A stretch of 64,000 bases of DNA from Lama glama (Eukaryota). This document shows positions 24,775 through 36,625 of this stretch, in pieces. The stretch covers positions 18,292,001-18,356,000 of the forward strand of contig CM052817.1 in the NCBI GenBank assembly GCA_028534125.1, in the 5' to 3' direction. The position numbers and the translations under genes were made by a program. The stretch's first letter is position 1. Every line of letters starts with the position of its first letter. The notes below the pieces were generated by a model that saw only the letters and a program-made list of their open reading frames with translations, did not search any database and was not told the DNA's origin.

Positions 24775-25977
24775 ATGACAGGAGCTGCTCTCTCCCTATC
24801 TGGGAATGTGCCCAGTGATGTCCATCTTTCTTTGCTCAGGCCAGGCCCTGAGTTGGGTTGTGAATGATGGGAAGAAATGGTAGTAAGTACCTCTCTGGAA
24901 TTCTCTTGTCACGAAATGCATCTAAGCAGAGAAAGTGCAGAATCCTATACCCACCCAGATTGTCTGAGGGCAGAGGGAAAGGAGTAGGTGAGGGGATAAC
25001 CCAAAAGGTAAAAGAGGGGGTTTAATCTCCTGGGAATGTTCCTCCTGCTGTGCTGCACAGAGGGAAGTGTTTATATTAGGGATACTTTTTTAAAAAAAAC
25101 CATTTTGTCTTCCTTCCTCCTTCATTGTCACGATCTGTGGTGGTTGTTTTGTTTTTGTTCATGCTCCTGTTGGGGGCTCTGGATAAACATTTCACCTGGC
25201 TGTGCTACTGGTACACCCTTGGTTGCTACTCAGTCCCCTGGTAGCCTTGCTAACACAAGTTTAACCACCTTCAGGGTAATGGGAGCACTGGGCTCTCTAT
25301 TTTTAGCAACCAGAGTAGAATGCAGTAAACAAAGGGTGATAAATAACTCTTGATGCTAAACGTTCCACAATAATATGAAAAACTTCTGCCTTAAACTTGG
25401 ACATTCTTTTCAACGTTTTTTGTTTTTTTGTTTTTGTTTTTTCCTGGTCAGACAAATTGGCTAAGTTGGGGTGGGCGGATGTAGCTCTCATCAGCCCTGG
25501 ATTGATTTCCCGGTGGCTCGCCCAACGAGGCGTGCAGAATTTCCGGCTGTGGTCTTCTGCAGACATTCATCAGGGAGTAGGCAGGGGGAATGTGGCTGGC
25601 AGAAGCCGCCCAGGAGAAAGTATTCACCTTTGTGAGGAAATAATTCTCAGCCCCTGGAGCAGCCTGGATGTAATATCAAAGTCCCCACCAGGAATCTCCA
25701 CTGGGCTGATTTATTTACCCTTGAACACGAGCTTTGGGGGAGGATTGCAAGCTCGCAGCGATTAAGGAGGGGCTCTCTGATGAGAGGGAAGGAGTGCTGG
25801 TGGCACTGCCAGGGGACTTTGTACGTGGGGCAGGTGTCTTGGTGGTGAGGCCACTGCACCGGGTCCTGGGAGGCGCAGGGATGATTAGATTTGCTGGGGT
25901 CACATTTGAACTGATTCTCACTCTGATGGGTAAGGCCATACTTTTCATTCTAAGGGAGGTTCACAGATCTGAGAACC

Positions 25978-26265
25978 TTTTTTTTTTTTAATTAATGGAC
26001 TTTATTTCTCAGAGCAGTTTTCAGTTTGTAGAAAAAATTGCACAGAAAAGTATAGCAAATTCTTACAGATGGCACTCCTGGTCCCACCTCCACCAGTTTC
26101 CCCTATTATGCACTTCTTGCATTAATGTGCATTTGTTACAATTGGTGAACTGATACCAATACATTGTTACTACTGAAGTCCATGGTTTACACCCGGGTTC
26201 ACCATGCTGTACAGTTCTATAGGTTTTGTCAGATGTGCAGTGTCCTCTATTGACCGTTACAGCAT
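25978..26265 (-). mobile_element. Old L1 (L1MC/MD-like) 3' end
   Basis: Poly-T, then gactttatttctcagagcagttttcagtttgtagaaaaaattgcacagaaaagta...catttgttacaattggtgaac...aagtccatggtttaca. Confidence 0.8.
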
Positions 26266-27399
26266 CCTTCGAGAGGAAGCACCTTTCCCTGGAGCAATGG
26301 TGCCTTCCTGGGTGTGCCCACTGCTCCTCCAAGCAGTGCCTAGACTCTGGTGGAGCCCTTATGGGCTGGCGAAGGGGACATGATTGCCAGGCTTTCTGAG
26401 AACAGTGTTGCTCGTCCCTGTCCAATGGGGAAAGAAGAGCTGGTCTCAGACAAAAGGCAAAATCACTAACCCCTAAGAGAGGTTTGTTCTGAAACAGGTG
26501 AGGATGCTGCCTGCATCTCCATCTCCTGGCCAGATAACCCTGCCTACCAACCTTTGGGTTCACAGTTCCTTTGGGTGTCGGAAGGGTGTGTATGTATTCA
26601 CGTGGGGCTGTTTGATGATGCCAAGCAGTCCTGTTGCATGGACAGGTGTCACTCCGGCTGGGCAGTTAGTGGCCGAGGAGCTGGCCCTCTGCTACTCTGA
26701 CCAGAACCACGGGTCCCATGGAGGCAGCGGTCATCGCCAGCCATGAGGACTCAGCTTCACGTGGCTGCTGGGCCTTGACAAGCCCTCTGCAGTGGTCTTT
26801 CCCTGGGCCACCTCACTCTGCTTGTCCTGGGCAGAGGCTCCGCTTTTTTCTAGGGCGACGTTCTGGGACCAGCCACCAAGGTGCGCAGTTGCGGGGTTGC
26901 TGTGGTACCGCTGGAGCTCTCCCGGGACCTGGCCCAGCATCCAGCTGGTCCCTTCATCCTTCAAGAAGCAATTTCCCTCTTTTCTTTCTCAGTGGAGCCC
27001 ATCAAGAAGGGGCAAGGCGAACAGACTTTGGGAGTAGAGACATCTGATAGCCTTGTTTGAAACTGTCCTTTTTAATACTGAAACTTCTTGATGTTTTGTT
27101 CAGACTTTCAGTCCAGACTTACCAGACACCGCAGTCTGTGTCTCCTGTGCTTGGAGGAGAACTAGGAAGAGGGTGTGTCCCCTGCTTGGAGCATAGTGGA
27201 AAGGAGAGAGGGTGATGGCTTGGTTACAGGATAGCAGAAGGGGAGTAGAAGAGACGCCTGCTCAGGGCTTGGGGGCTGCTAAACTGTAGCTTGTCTTTTG
27301 CAGCAGAGGGATGCTTGTGAAGAAATCTGAAGAGAGGAGAATCCCATAGAAGCCATAGCATGGGGGCTCGGATTACATTAAATGGGTATCGAACTGTGA

Positions 27400-28135
27400 T
27401 CTCTGAAGTCTGGAGACCCTTATCTACCCATTTTACTGATGAGAAAACTGAGGTTCGGAGATGTTAGAAAACAACCAATGACACGTGTTGCTAAAGCCAG
27501 GAGCTGAGATTTGAAGCCGGGACTACTGATTTGCAGAGGCTCGGGTTATCCCACCGCATTTTGATGGCTTCTTACAGTTGACCCGGGGTAACCAGCAGAG
27601 GTGGGATATTCCCGAGGCCTTAAAAAGCAGGTTAATGAAAGGAGCAAACACCCCGAAGCTGGACATCATGGAAAGAGCAGAGCACTTACTATGCGCCCGG
27701 AGATTTCCAAGAGCTTTTTTCTCCATGAATTGACTCATTAAGTTCTGAAAAGAACTGTGTGGTTTATCATTATCTTTATTACCCCCATTTTATGATGAGG
27801 AAACAGAGTTTCAGAGAAGTTAGGTAGCTCGCCCAAGGGAGTGGGTCCAGAGCCTTATTCTGAGCTACTGGAAGCTTGGTCTGGGCTGAAGCATAACAAT
27901 GTAATTTGCTGTTGACTGAGCCCCACTGCACGTGGGGCCCGTGCCAGACACCTGCACACATTCTTAAATTTAAGCCTCACCCCACATCTATAAGGAAAGC
28001 ATATGCATTTCACTTTCACAGATGGAGAAACTGAGGCTCAGAGAGGTCAAACAACTGATGCTCAGCCACACAGCTCATAAGTGGCAGAGCTGGGGCTTGA
28101 AGCCTGACTGGCCGGAATTAAAAGTTTGGGCTCCT
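27400..28135 (-). mobile_element. Cluster of three same-orientation MIR remnants
   Basis: Three cores: cccattttactgatgagaaaactgagg (about 27427), cccattttatgatgaggaaacagag (about 27783) and cactttcacagatggagaaactgaggctcagagagg (about 28011). Confidence 0.8.
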
Positions 28136-28169
28136 CTTTCTCCTATGCTGGCAGCTTGCATACCTGAAA

Positions 28170-28295
28170 ACACAGCTGGATAACCCCCCGGGGAGCATTT
28201 ATAAAATCCAGAGGCCCTCAGCCCTACCTCTGGAGACAGATTCCTGAGAACCTGCATTTTCTAGAAGCCTTCCTGCCTGGTGCTGCTGCAGCCCC
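28170..28295. mobile_element. MER5A-like fragment
   Basis: cggggagcatttataaaatccagaggccctcagccctacctctggagacagattc...acctgcattttctagaagc. Confidence 0.55.
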
Positions 28296-28978
28296 TCAGC
28301 TGTTCCTGCTGTCTCATCAGGTGTCCCCGTGCAGTCCCCTTCCAGCAGCATCACATTCTGGTTGGCATGCAGGCTGCCCTGCAGCGTTGTCATCTGGCCC
28401 CTTCCAGTGAATGAGATCCCCCAGATCATTTGAGTTGATGTGGGAATCTGAATCCCCCAAGAGCCACTCCTCTGGGAGGCCAGCCCATAATGAGAAGCCA
28501 CTTTATTGACTTTTCACAAGGGTCTGGGGCACAGGGCACTCCCATCCCTTCTGCATGGCCTGTCTCCTATCCTCCTGTCTGTAGGGGGACCCCGAGGAGA
28601 CCCAGATACCACCCAGAAGGGGCGTTGGTGAGTCTGAGCCACGGCCATCATCTTGGTCAGTGTCCGTCAGCCCTGGCTGCACATAGGCTGGCTTTGGGGG
28701 AACCTTTGAAAGAAGGTGAATGCCTGCTGCACCCCAAACTAATCAAATGCAAATCTCTGAGGGTAGCGATAGGAAATGGGTATTTTTAAAAAGCTCTTTG
28801 GGTGACTGATGCAGGGGCTGGGTTGCAAACTGCCGACTGCAGGAAGCTAATATTTAGTGCTATTTATTCCTTTGAGTTTTCTTTGCTTTATCAAGTCCTG
28901 TGGGTTAAATTAAAAAAAAATTTAGCTGATAAACTTTATTATTTTTTTTTATTGCAGAGAATTCCCATATACCCCCCT

Positions 28979-28980
<2 letters not shown>

Positions 28981-29010
<30 letters not shown>
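28981..29010 (+). repeat. (AC)15 microsatellite
   Basis: Read directly from the sequence. Confidence 0.97.
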
Positions 29011-29012
<2 letters not shown>

Positions 29013-29494
29013 CCCCCATCAAATGCTCTTTTCAATCCAAGTTTGCATGACTTGAAATAACCAAAGGATAACTCTCAGATTTCCTCTCTTGGAAAGATGC
29101 TCCCTAAAGGTCTTAGCTCAGGCACAGCCCTAGTGTTGGCAGAAGTTTCAGGGCACCCGCTTGAGTGAATGGCTGAATCCCTAGCTTCTCTGTGGCCACA
29201 GCGTCAGACTGTGCTGGCTGTTCCTTCTACCTGGCTGAAGCAGGCTTGCAGGATTCCTCTGGTAGATGCTCTGTAGGTGAAAACGTCCTGTCTCATGGAC
29301 GAACCTGCCAGGCATTCCGCGTGAGCGAGCATATAGAAAAGGGTTTTGAAATAGATTTTAAAAGAATCATGTTCAAATCCCCTTGAAACAATTTCTCCCA
29401 TCCCCACTGTTGCCCCCGTTTCTTTTCAAAATTCTCTTCAGCTCTAGGAAAATCTTTTTAGCTTGTTTTTCAGCTTCATAAATATAAAAACATT

Positions 29495-29508
29495 TCACTA
29501 GGGGGCGC
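29495..29508 (+). promoter_or_regulatory. CTCF-like core motif
   Basis: TCACTAGGGGGCGC, one mismatch to the consensus CCASYAGRKGGCRS. Confidence 0.45.
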
Positions 29509-29712
29509 TTCAAGATTGAGTAAGGAAAAAAAAAAAAAACCCCAGCAAGTTGGTGACAATAGATTTCATTTCATCATTAGCGAGGTAAACAGTCCTGCAC
29601 AGAACAAAATATAAAAAATACATAAGGAATTAAATATGTATTTAGTCGAAACTGTGACTCAATTTCTGTGGGTTGTTTTCTTGAAACTGGACATGGGAGG
29701 AAAGTGGCATTC

Positions 29713-29967
29713 TTGGACTTCCTGGTAATTTTGACTTGACTATTAGAATAATAATAATAATAATAATAATAATAGTCCCTTTATATGATTTCAGATGGAC
29801 ACTTTGCTCACTGCTGTGCTTTAGTGCAGCTAAGTGTTCAATGTTTTTACCCAAATTTGTGTTTGAGAAACGCCATCTTTCTCAACATTCACGGAGAGCA
29901 TTAATGTGGAGCCATCCGCTCCCTGCTGCAGGATTAAGGATTGTCTGCAGAGAAGCGGGGAAAGGCT
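29713..29967 (+). repeat. Left arm of a diverged inverted duplication; contains (AAT)9 at 29747-29773
   Basis: Collinear with the reverse complement of 31761-32027. Confidence 0.92.
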
Positions 29968-29979
29968 GCAGGTACTTCA

Positions 29980-30130
29980 GAGCCTGAGTTCTGGACCTGG
30001 TCTCTTTCTATCCAGTGGTCTGACCTTGAGGAAGTCATTGCCCCTCTTTGGATGTCAATATCTTAATGTGTAAAATGGCAGTATCGAGAAGGAGATATTT
30101 AAGATCCCTTTCCAATCAAACATGCTATAA
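29980..30130 (+). mobile_element. MIR3-like remnant
   Basis: cctgagttctgg...tgaccttgaggaagtcattgcccctctttgg...tgtaaaatgg...taagatccctttccaatc. Confidence 0.65.
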
Positions 30131-30288
30131 GAATCTCCCAGGCTGTCTCCTTGTGGCTCGATTGTTCTCACTGCATTGCTCCTGAACTTCAGCATGAACA
30201 GTTAACCAACGGCAGCTCCTGGGAGAAAGACAGAGGCTGAGGAGGGGTGTGGGTCCCAGCTCTATACTCACCGGCCATCTTTAGGAGG

Positions 30289-30645
30289 TGAGTGGGTTGA
30301 ATCGTATTGAATCCCCAGTCCCTGGGAATGAAGGCAGTGCTGTGCCTGTGCCCTTACTTGGAGATGGGCTCTATGCCCTATTTAAACAGGATCAAGTTAA
30401 GGTGAGGTCACCAGGGTGGGCTTTAATCCAGTACGACTGGTGTCCTTATAAGAAGGGGAAATTGGAGCACAGAGACACAGAGAGGGAGGGCACTGCGTGA
30501 AGATGAAGGCAGGGATGGTGTGGTGCTTCTACAAGCCAAAGAGCACCGGAAGAACTCCAGTGATCCTCCAGGAGCTCGGAGAGAGGCCCGGGAGAGGCTC
30601 CCTCCCAGCCTGCGGGAGGGACCAGCCCCGCCCACACCTTGATCT
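30289..30645 (+). mobile_element. MaLR LTR (MLT1B/C-like), 3'-truncated
   Basis: gggttgaatcgt...aagttaaggtgaggtca...gggtgggctttaatccagtacgactggtgtccttataagaaggggaaatt...cacaccttgatct. Confidence 0.85.
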
Positions 30646-31760
30646 GAGAGCGGCAGCCCTAGCAAACCCATCCCGGAGGACAGTTCACCTGGAAGGAGGA
30701 GATTAATGGAGATGATAGACAGGAGAGCCTCTAGCACACAGGGCCTGGCAGCTGGCATTTGCAGATGCTAGTTATAAAGAAGGAATGAAGGAAGGAGGAA
30801 GGGGAGGAAGGAGGGATGAGGAAGGAGACTCCTGGAATTAAGGACCTGTTAGGGGAAAGGAATTTTACGTATTTCTCTTCAGTTCTTGCTAACAATCATT
30901 TTGCTGCTGAGGGAATGGGGGCTCCCAGAGGCTATCATTTGCTGAAGGTCACAGCTAGAAGTGTTAGCAGCAAACTGGCCTGACTCCAAAATCTCTGCTC
31001 GTTATGCCCTGCTATGCTCACGGTTAGGGGCAGGTGTTGTTCATCCTGCATGGTAAACCTCATTCATTCATTCATCTTGTTCAGGCACAGAAAGACATGG
31101 AGTGGGGTCCATCCCAGAGAGTCAAAGACAGACTCAGCTCCATGAAGTTGTGGTATTTCTAGAATGGTTGAGGTTAACGGCCCAGAATATTTTTCACCGC
31201 CGCAGGCCAGAGTGAGGTGGTTTGGGAAAAGCAGATCTCAGAAGCCAAACTATGAGTCCATGAGAGTGAAACACTTAGTTGTCACACATCTCCAGCTTCT
31301 TCCCTAAATAAACGTGCCCCTACCCTGTTCTAAAAGTCATTGACAGATGACTCAAAACCAGGCTCATTCCAGGCTCATCCCTGAAGAGCCCAACTCAGTC
31401 CTGCTCTGGTCCTTCTCCTGAGTCCTCTCCGTCCTCATCCTCATCCTTCTGTCCCATCCCGCACTGCCCACTCCATCCCCACCCTAGTCCAGGTAAACAT
31501 TCACCTGGAATTTCTCTTGCACCAGAGCTGTGGCTGCAGAGGCGGGCTCAAGAGGAAGCCCTCACAGGCATGCAGGTGATGACAGTATTGTGGGTTACGC
31601 ACAAGATGCAAAGGGTGAGAGGTAAGACACTTAGATGGGGCTATCCAGGAAAGCTTCCTGGAGGAAGGGTGACAAATAGTGTCTTTGGAGAATGACAAGG
31701 GGCCAGATGTTCCAGACTCAGTGAAGAGCATGGGCGCAGGCCTGGAGGCCTGAATAGCAA

Positions 31761-32027
31761 AGCCTTCCCCGCTCCTCTGCAGACGATCGTCCTTAATCCT
31801 GCAGCAGGGACCAGCTTGCTCCACATTAATGCTCTCCATGACCTTTCCAACGTCTCCTCGAGAAAAAAGACATTTCCTAAACGTAAATTTCTGAGTAAAA
31901 GCTTCAAATCCACAGTTGCACTAAAACACTGTTGGAAGCAAAGTGTCCAAGTTCAATCAGATGAAGAGACCATTATCATTAACATCATTACTCTTACCCT
32001 CAAGTCAAAGTTGCCAGTATGTCCGAG
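31761..32027 (-). repeat. Right arm of the diverged inverted duplication
   Basis: The reverse complement aligns with 29713-29967. Confidence 0.92.
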
Positions 32028-32028
32028 T

Positions 32029-32085
32029 ACCAGGGGTTAGGGCTTCAGTGTATCTTTCTGAGGGGATACAACTCGACCCCCAACA
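32029..32085 (-). mobile_element. Short MLT1 5'-end fragment
   Basis: accaggggttagggcttcagtgtatctttctgaggggatacaactcgacccccaaca is a reverse MLT1 start. Confidence 0.65.
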
Positions 32086-34064
32086 CCGAGTGTGAGAAGC
32101 AAAGCCTCTGTAGGAAGGTGGTAAGCCAGCCTCCTGTGCTTCACATAGGCCGAGCTCCGAGCGTCTCCCGGCTGTCATGGCCCCTACGTTCTCTCTGCCA
32201 GAGCTTGGTCCCTGACTTCAAGGACATCGTGGATGGCCCTGCAGTCCAGGCAGAAGGGAAACTGGGTCTGCTGACTGCCAGGGCGTGGAGCACGAGACAG
32301 CTTGAAAGCTGGTCCCTCTCATTTGTCCACACTCCAGTTTTGCAGCCCCACTAGGTTTGCTGGGCAGTTAGCAGCGAGGCGGGTACCTGATGCTGGATTT
32401 GAGCCTGTATTCCCACCCCTGAGTGGTCAGCTCTGTTCTCTGCACCTGTCTTTTCTCGTTTCACTGTTTGGTTCCAAGTGGTGCCTCAGGATGAAAAGTA
32501 ACCCAGAGGCACGTGGGAAGGCTGAGGTTTGGTCCACAGGACTCAGGGTGCTTTTTGACTGCAAATCAGCTTAGGGGAAGCAGAGATTTCTCTGCACTGA
32601 CTTCGGACCCAAAGCAAAACATACCGGCTACCAGCCTCTCTGATGTGCAGCCTGCTGCCCAGCAGCCTAGGAAAGCGATGGTTCAGATCGATTGGTGCAC
32701 TTTTTCCTAGAAATTTCTGGGGAAACACCTGGGGTGGTATACGTGGTCTTAAACCAAAAAGTACTCTTGCTTCTCTGAGTTGAGTGTTTATCGTATTTTT
32801 TTCTCCCTTAAAACACACTTTGTTTATCTGGATGTGGTTACCTTTCCTTAAAGAGTGTCCTTCTTTAAACAGATTTCCAGTCATTGTGTATTCTGTTCTG
32901 AAGACATGCACTTCTCTGGCCCTTTTCCTGAGCGGGCCAGCCGATGGAACAGGAAGGTGGGTGAAAGTTTGACTCTAACTTGCATCAGCAGCAGGCCAGC
33001 GTGTTTCCTCCGAGCCAAGCAACTTTTCAATATATCTGGAAGATGAGGTGCTGCTCAGAGCACCTCTTCCCTGGCCGGCTGGCCCGGCTGGCCCGGTCTC
33101 CCCCGGAGCACTTAGGCGCTGTGCTGAGATGTTAAGTAGTGAGGGTTGCGGGACAGGTTTGTTGCTGTGCTCGGCAAAGCCGACCGCTTTTTACAAACAC
33201 ATTAAACATTAATATGTACAGAATGGGCAGTTTTATAGTGCACAAGCACGAGTTTCCTGGACACGGATTTATTTATTTTTTATTAACGTAACCTTAGCAT
33301 GCTGCTTATTTCTCGCGGGGCTCCAGATCTGAAAGGCCTTGGCTGGACCCAATGAATACTTCATGATTCCATTTAAGACCAAGGGAGCCAATAAACTCAC
33401 CTCAATTTACATTTCAGTGGAGTCTTATAAGTAATGCATGCCGCTCACCTCCCAGTCTCTCCTGGACTGCCTTTAACATCTCAGCACATACGTGGCCTTT
33501 TTGGGAGACAGAGAACGGAGAGGTATTCTCTTCAAACTGCTTCCTTTTTCTTTCTTCAGCTCCTTGAATCCCCTGTGGGGTCATGAATAGATAATCGTGA
33601 GGAGCTGGCCGCTGGAAGATACTGCGGGCTCTCCTGTCTCCCCTGGTCAGCCCCTCGCGCCATGGTTTCAGCCATCACTTCCAAGCAAAGCCTTCCAGAC
33701 AGTGTTGCAGTCCCGAGCCAGCCAGCCAGCCCTTGTCCTGAACTTCCCATGGCTTTTGGATTCAAGACAGCTGAGAAGTTTTCATCTCAGACCTGACTTT
33801 CTTCGAACCGGAGCCCTAATTTGACTTCTTCATTCCTGTCCCACGGCTGACACTGCTCAGTCAGCTGACCTGGAAGGCATCAGCTGTCCTACCTCGGCCC
33901 CCTTCATCCCCTCCTTCCAGACTCCGGATCCAGGGAGCTGCTAACTCTGGGTAGCCCTTCCGGAGGCATGCTCCCTCCGCCAGCAGCCGGGGCCGTCTTT
34001 ACTTGGTGTGAGTCAGATCATGCCACTCTGCTCAGAACCTTCCAGGATCTCCTCTGACTCCTGC

Positions 34065-34283
34065 CCGAGTTTCCAGCTGCAGGCTGCCTGATGGGTTTTA
34101 GACATGCCACTTCTCATAACTGGCAGAATTAGCACGGTTGCATATGCCAGTCCTTGAAACAAACATCTCTTCTTATGTGTGTATATATGTGTGTGTACAC
34201 CAAATATAAATATAGATATAAACACATATATGTATATAAAATCTCCTCTTGGTTCTGTTTCTCTGGAGAACCCTGACTGATTC
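34065..34283 (+). mobile_element. MLT2 (ERVL) LTR 3' part
   Basis: Ends in ctcttggttctgtttctctggagaaccctgactga, preceded by the TA/TG-rich tract typical of MLT2. Confidence 0.8.
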
Positions 34284-34309
34284 TGGAATGCCCTTTCTTA
34301 ACCATCTGG

Positions 34310-34826
34310 TGTAAGAGGCTGGCCTCTTACATCATCTTTTTGACACTACTCCGTTGGAAACGTGGAGACTAATTCCTCTCCCCTCAAGTACAGGACCCCC
34401 CGCGTGACTCGCTTCTGCAAATAGAATGCAATGGAAAAGATACTATATGAACTCTGAGGCTAGATTAGAAACGATAATATAGTGTCAACCTCTCTCTGTC
34501 TGAACCCATGCTCTTGGAACCTTTCCACCGTTTTGTGAGAGAAACCAAGAAGAGAAGCCATGTGAAGCTGCCGCAGCCAGTCGACCCAGCCAAGGTGCCA
34601 GCTGCCAGCCGGCGTCAGCTCCAGATGCGAGAGAACAGCTCGGGCGACCAGCCTGCACCGCCGAGCTGCCCCAGTGACACTGCCTGCAGCAGACATGGGC
34701 TGTCCCCACTGAGTCCTGGCCAGGCTGGTGCAAACCAAATGACTATTAGGCATAAAAACAAATGATTACTACTCTTAAAAGATATTATTTGGCAGTTGGT
34801 TTTTATACCAAGAAAGATACCTGGAA
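34310..34826 (+). mobile_element. MaLR LTR (MLT1F/G-like)
   Basis: tttgacactactcc...gtgactcgcttctgcaaatagaatgcaatggaa...tctgaggctagatt...ctcttggaacc...gtccccactgagtcctggcca...agatacctggaac. Confidence 0.75.
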
Positions 34827-36216
34827 CCCTGTCTGCTCATGCTGATAGCTTATTATTTTTCTTACTTCTTACTATTTGGAGTGAAATTGTTTATTTACTA
34901 ACTTGTTTATTATCTATCTGCTCCATTAAAGTTAAGTTCCATGGGGGAGGGAAACTTCTCTATCTTGTCTGTTTTTTATCTTCATGCCTTTAAGAGCACT
35001 TGGCACAGAACAGTAGCCCTGTTTTTCCTTTGTCCCCTCTTCCTTGCTCCTGTCTCTGCCTCAGTCTTCCTTTTTCATCTTTCATCTCTTCTTTCTCTCT
35101 TCATCTCTTGCTCCTGCTTTCTTTCCTGTCTTTCAAATAATTTTATTACCTCTAATCACTCAAGTATGACAAAAACAGTATTCCTTGTGAAAAATAGAAC
35201 TATCTCCTATAAAGCTAAATTCTCCTTAGCTCAGGCTGCAGCCCTGAGCCTGTCCTCTCCACACCCCCTGCTCCTCTCCTCACCTTTGTCTCCCCTGCCG
35301 GGTCCTTAGAGGAGGGAAGGGGCCCTTCTTCCCACATGAGCCTCACATGAGCTTCGCTCATCATCCCTCACAGCCTCGCTCTCCCAGCACAGCCTTCACC
35401 TTGACGGGATTACTGTCGCCAAGCTCTGTCTCATTGGCAACCTGAGCCTAAAGCTTTAGGGAGTCAGGGTTCAAATTCTATGACCTAGAGCTCAGACACC
35501 CGCAATCCGAGCCCTCCGGGCTCCTGGTTCTCCTCCTCTTTAGGAATCAGTCTCCCGCTCCAGCCACCATGGTTTCCTCCCTGCCTCCGAGGGTCCTCTG
35601 GTTTCCCCACATCTGCACTTCTGCCTTCCGTTCTTCATGTCCCCAACACGTCCCTGCTTCTGTCCGTCTCCTCAGATGCTGCCTGTTTTCTGGGTCCTCT
35701 GGGGGGTCGTCGCTGCCCTTCCCTGAAGGACCCTCCGCCGTGGGCTTTGACCACTCACTGCCTTCTCCCTGCTGCCATCTTCTGCAGACCGTGGCTCTCT
35801 GTGATGTCCAGTCTCCGCAACTAGACTTCAGGCTCACTGAGAATGGGGACCGTGCTGTTTGTTTCATGTGTTCAGAGACCCAGGACATCTGAGAGGCTTC
35901 TAGAAGGTCCTGCTCCTGTCTCTGTGGTCACCCAGCGGCCGCGGGGAGAGGACAGTTTTGGTGCCCACGGGATCCCGTATATGTTTTCTGGACATGGTGG
36001 CCAGGTGGACTGTAGCAGGAGGCGGACTGGTAAGTCTTCTGTTTCCTCTTTCTCCCAGCCTCACTCACCTGAGACAGGGGTCCCCAGACTCTGGGCAGGT
36101 ATTCTGCTCCATGGAGGCCACCATCAGGTACATCATAAGAGTCACTTGTTGATGGCAGAGTTGTGGCTGCAGGCTCTACGTGCCTTTGATGGGGAGGGAC
36201 TGAGGAGGGGGCCTTA

Positions 36217-36625
36217 TTCATCCAATCATTTATTCAACACATTCAGCAGAAATTTATTGAGCACCTGCTGTGGGGCAGGTGCTGTGCTTTGTGCTGGGGA
36301 AGCCGTGGTGAGTAAAACAACACAGCAGGGCCTCGCTGAGTTTACAGTCTAGTGGGAGAGACAGGCAGAAACGTGACAAGTAGTTCTGATTCAACGGGCT
36401 CCGGGTGGTGCTTGAAATAAGTCAGGGGGTCATGGTCACATAAAAGGCACATGGTTCTAGCTTTGGAGGCTAGGGGGAGGCTCCCTAGGAAAAAGCACAG
36501 GGAAGGTGAGATATGAAGGATAAAGAGGAGCTTGCCAGATGCAGGGCGGGAGGTGGAGGGGGAAGCACAGCACGGTGGTTTGGAGGAGGGAGGAAGAAGA
36601 CAGGGAGGGGAGCACGTGAGACCTC
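36217..36625 (-). mobile_element. L2 LINE 3' end
   Basis: attcatccaatcatttattcaac...atttattgagcacctgctgtggggcaggtgctgtgc...gagtttacagtctagtgggagagacaggca. Confidence 0.85.

Noticed and set aside
29642..32040. Similar peptides in both arms (RALMWS..PAAGLR.IVCR.AGK and ALKH...QSV....TIII..LKSKLP) suggesting a duplicated small gene
   Set aside because: The two shared frames lie on opposite strands of the same arm and follow directly from the DNA similarity. I saw no clear splice or codon-position signal. A dN/dS or PhyloCSF test would settle it.
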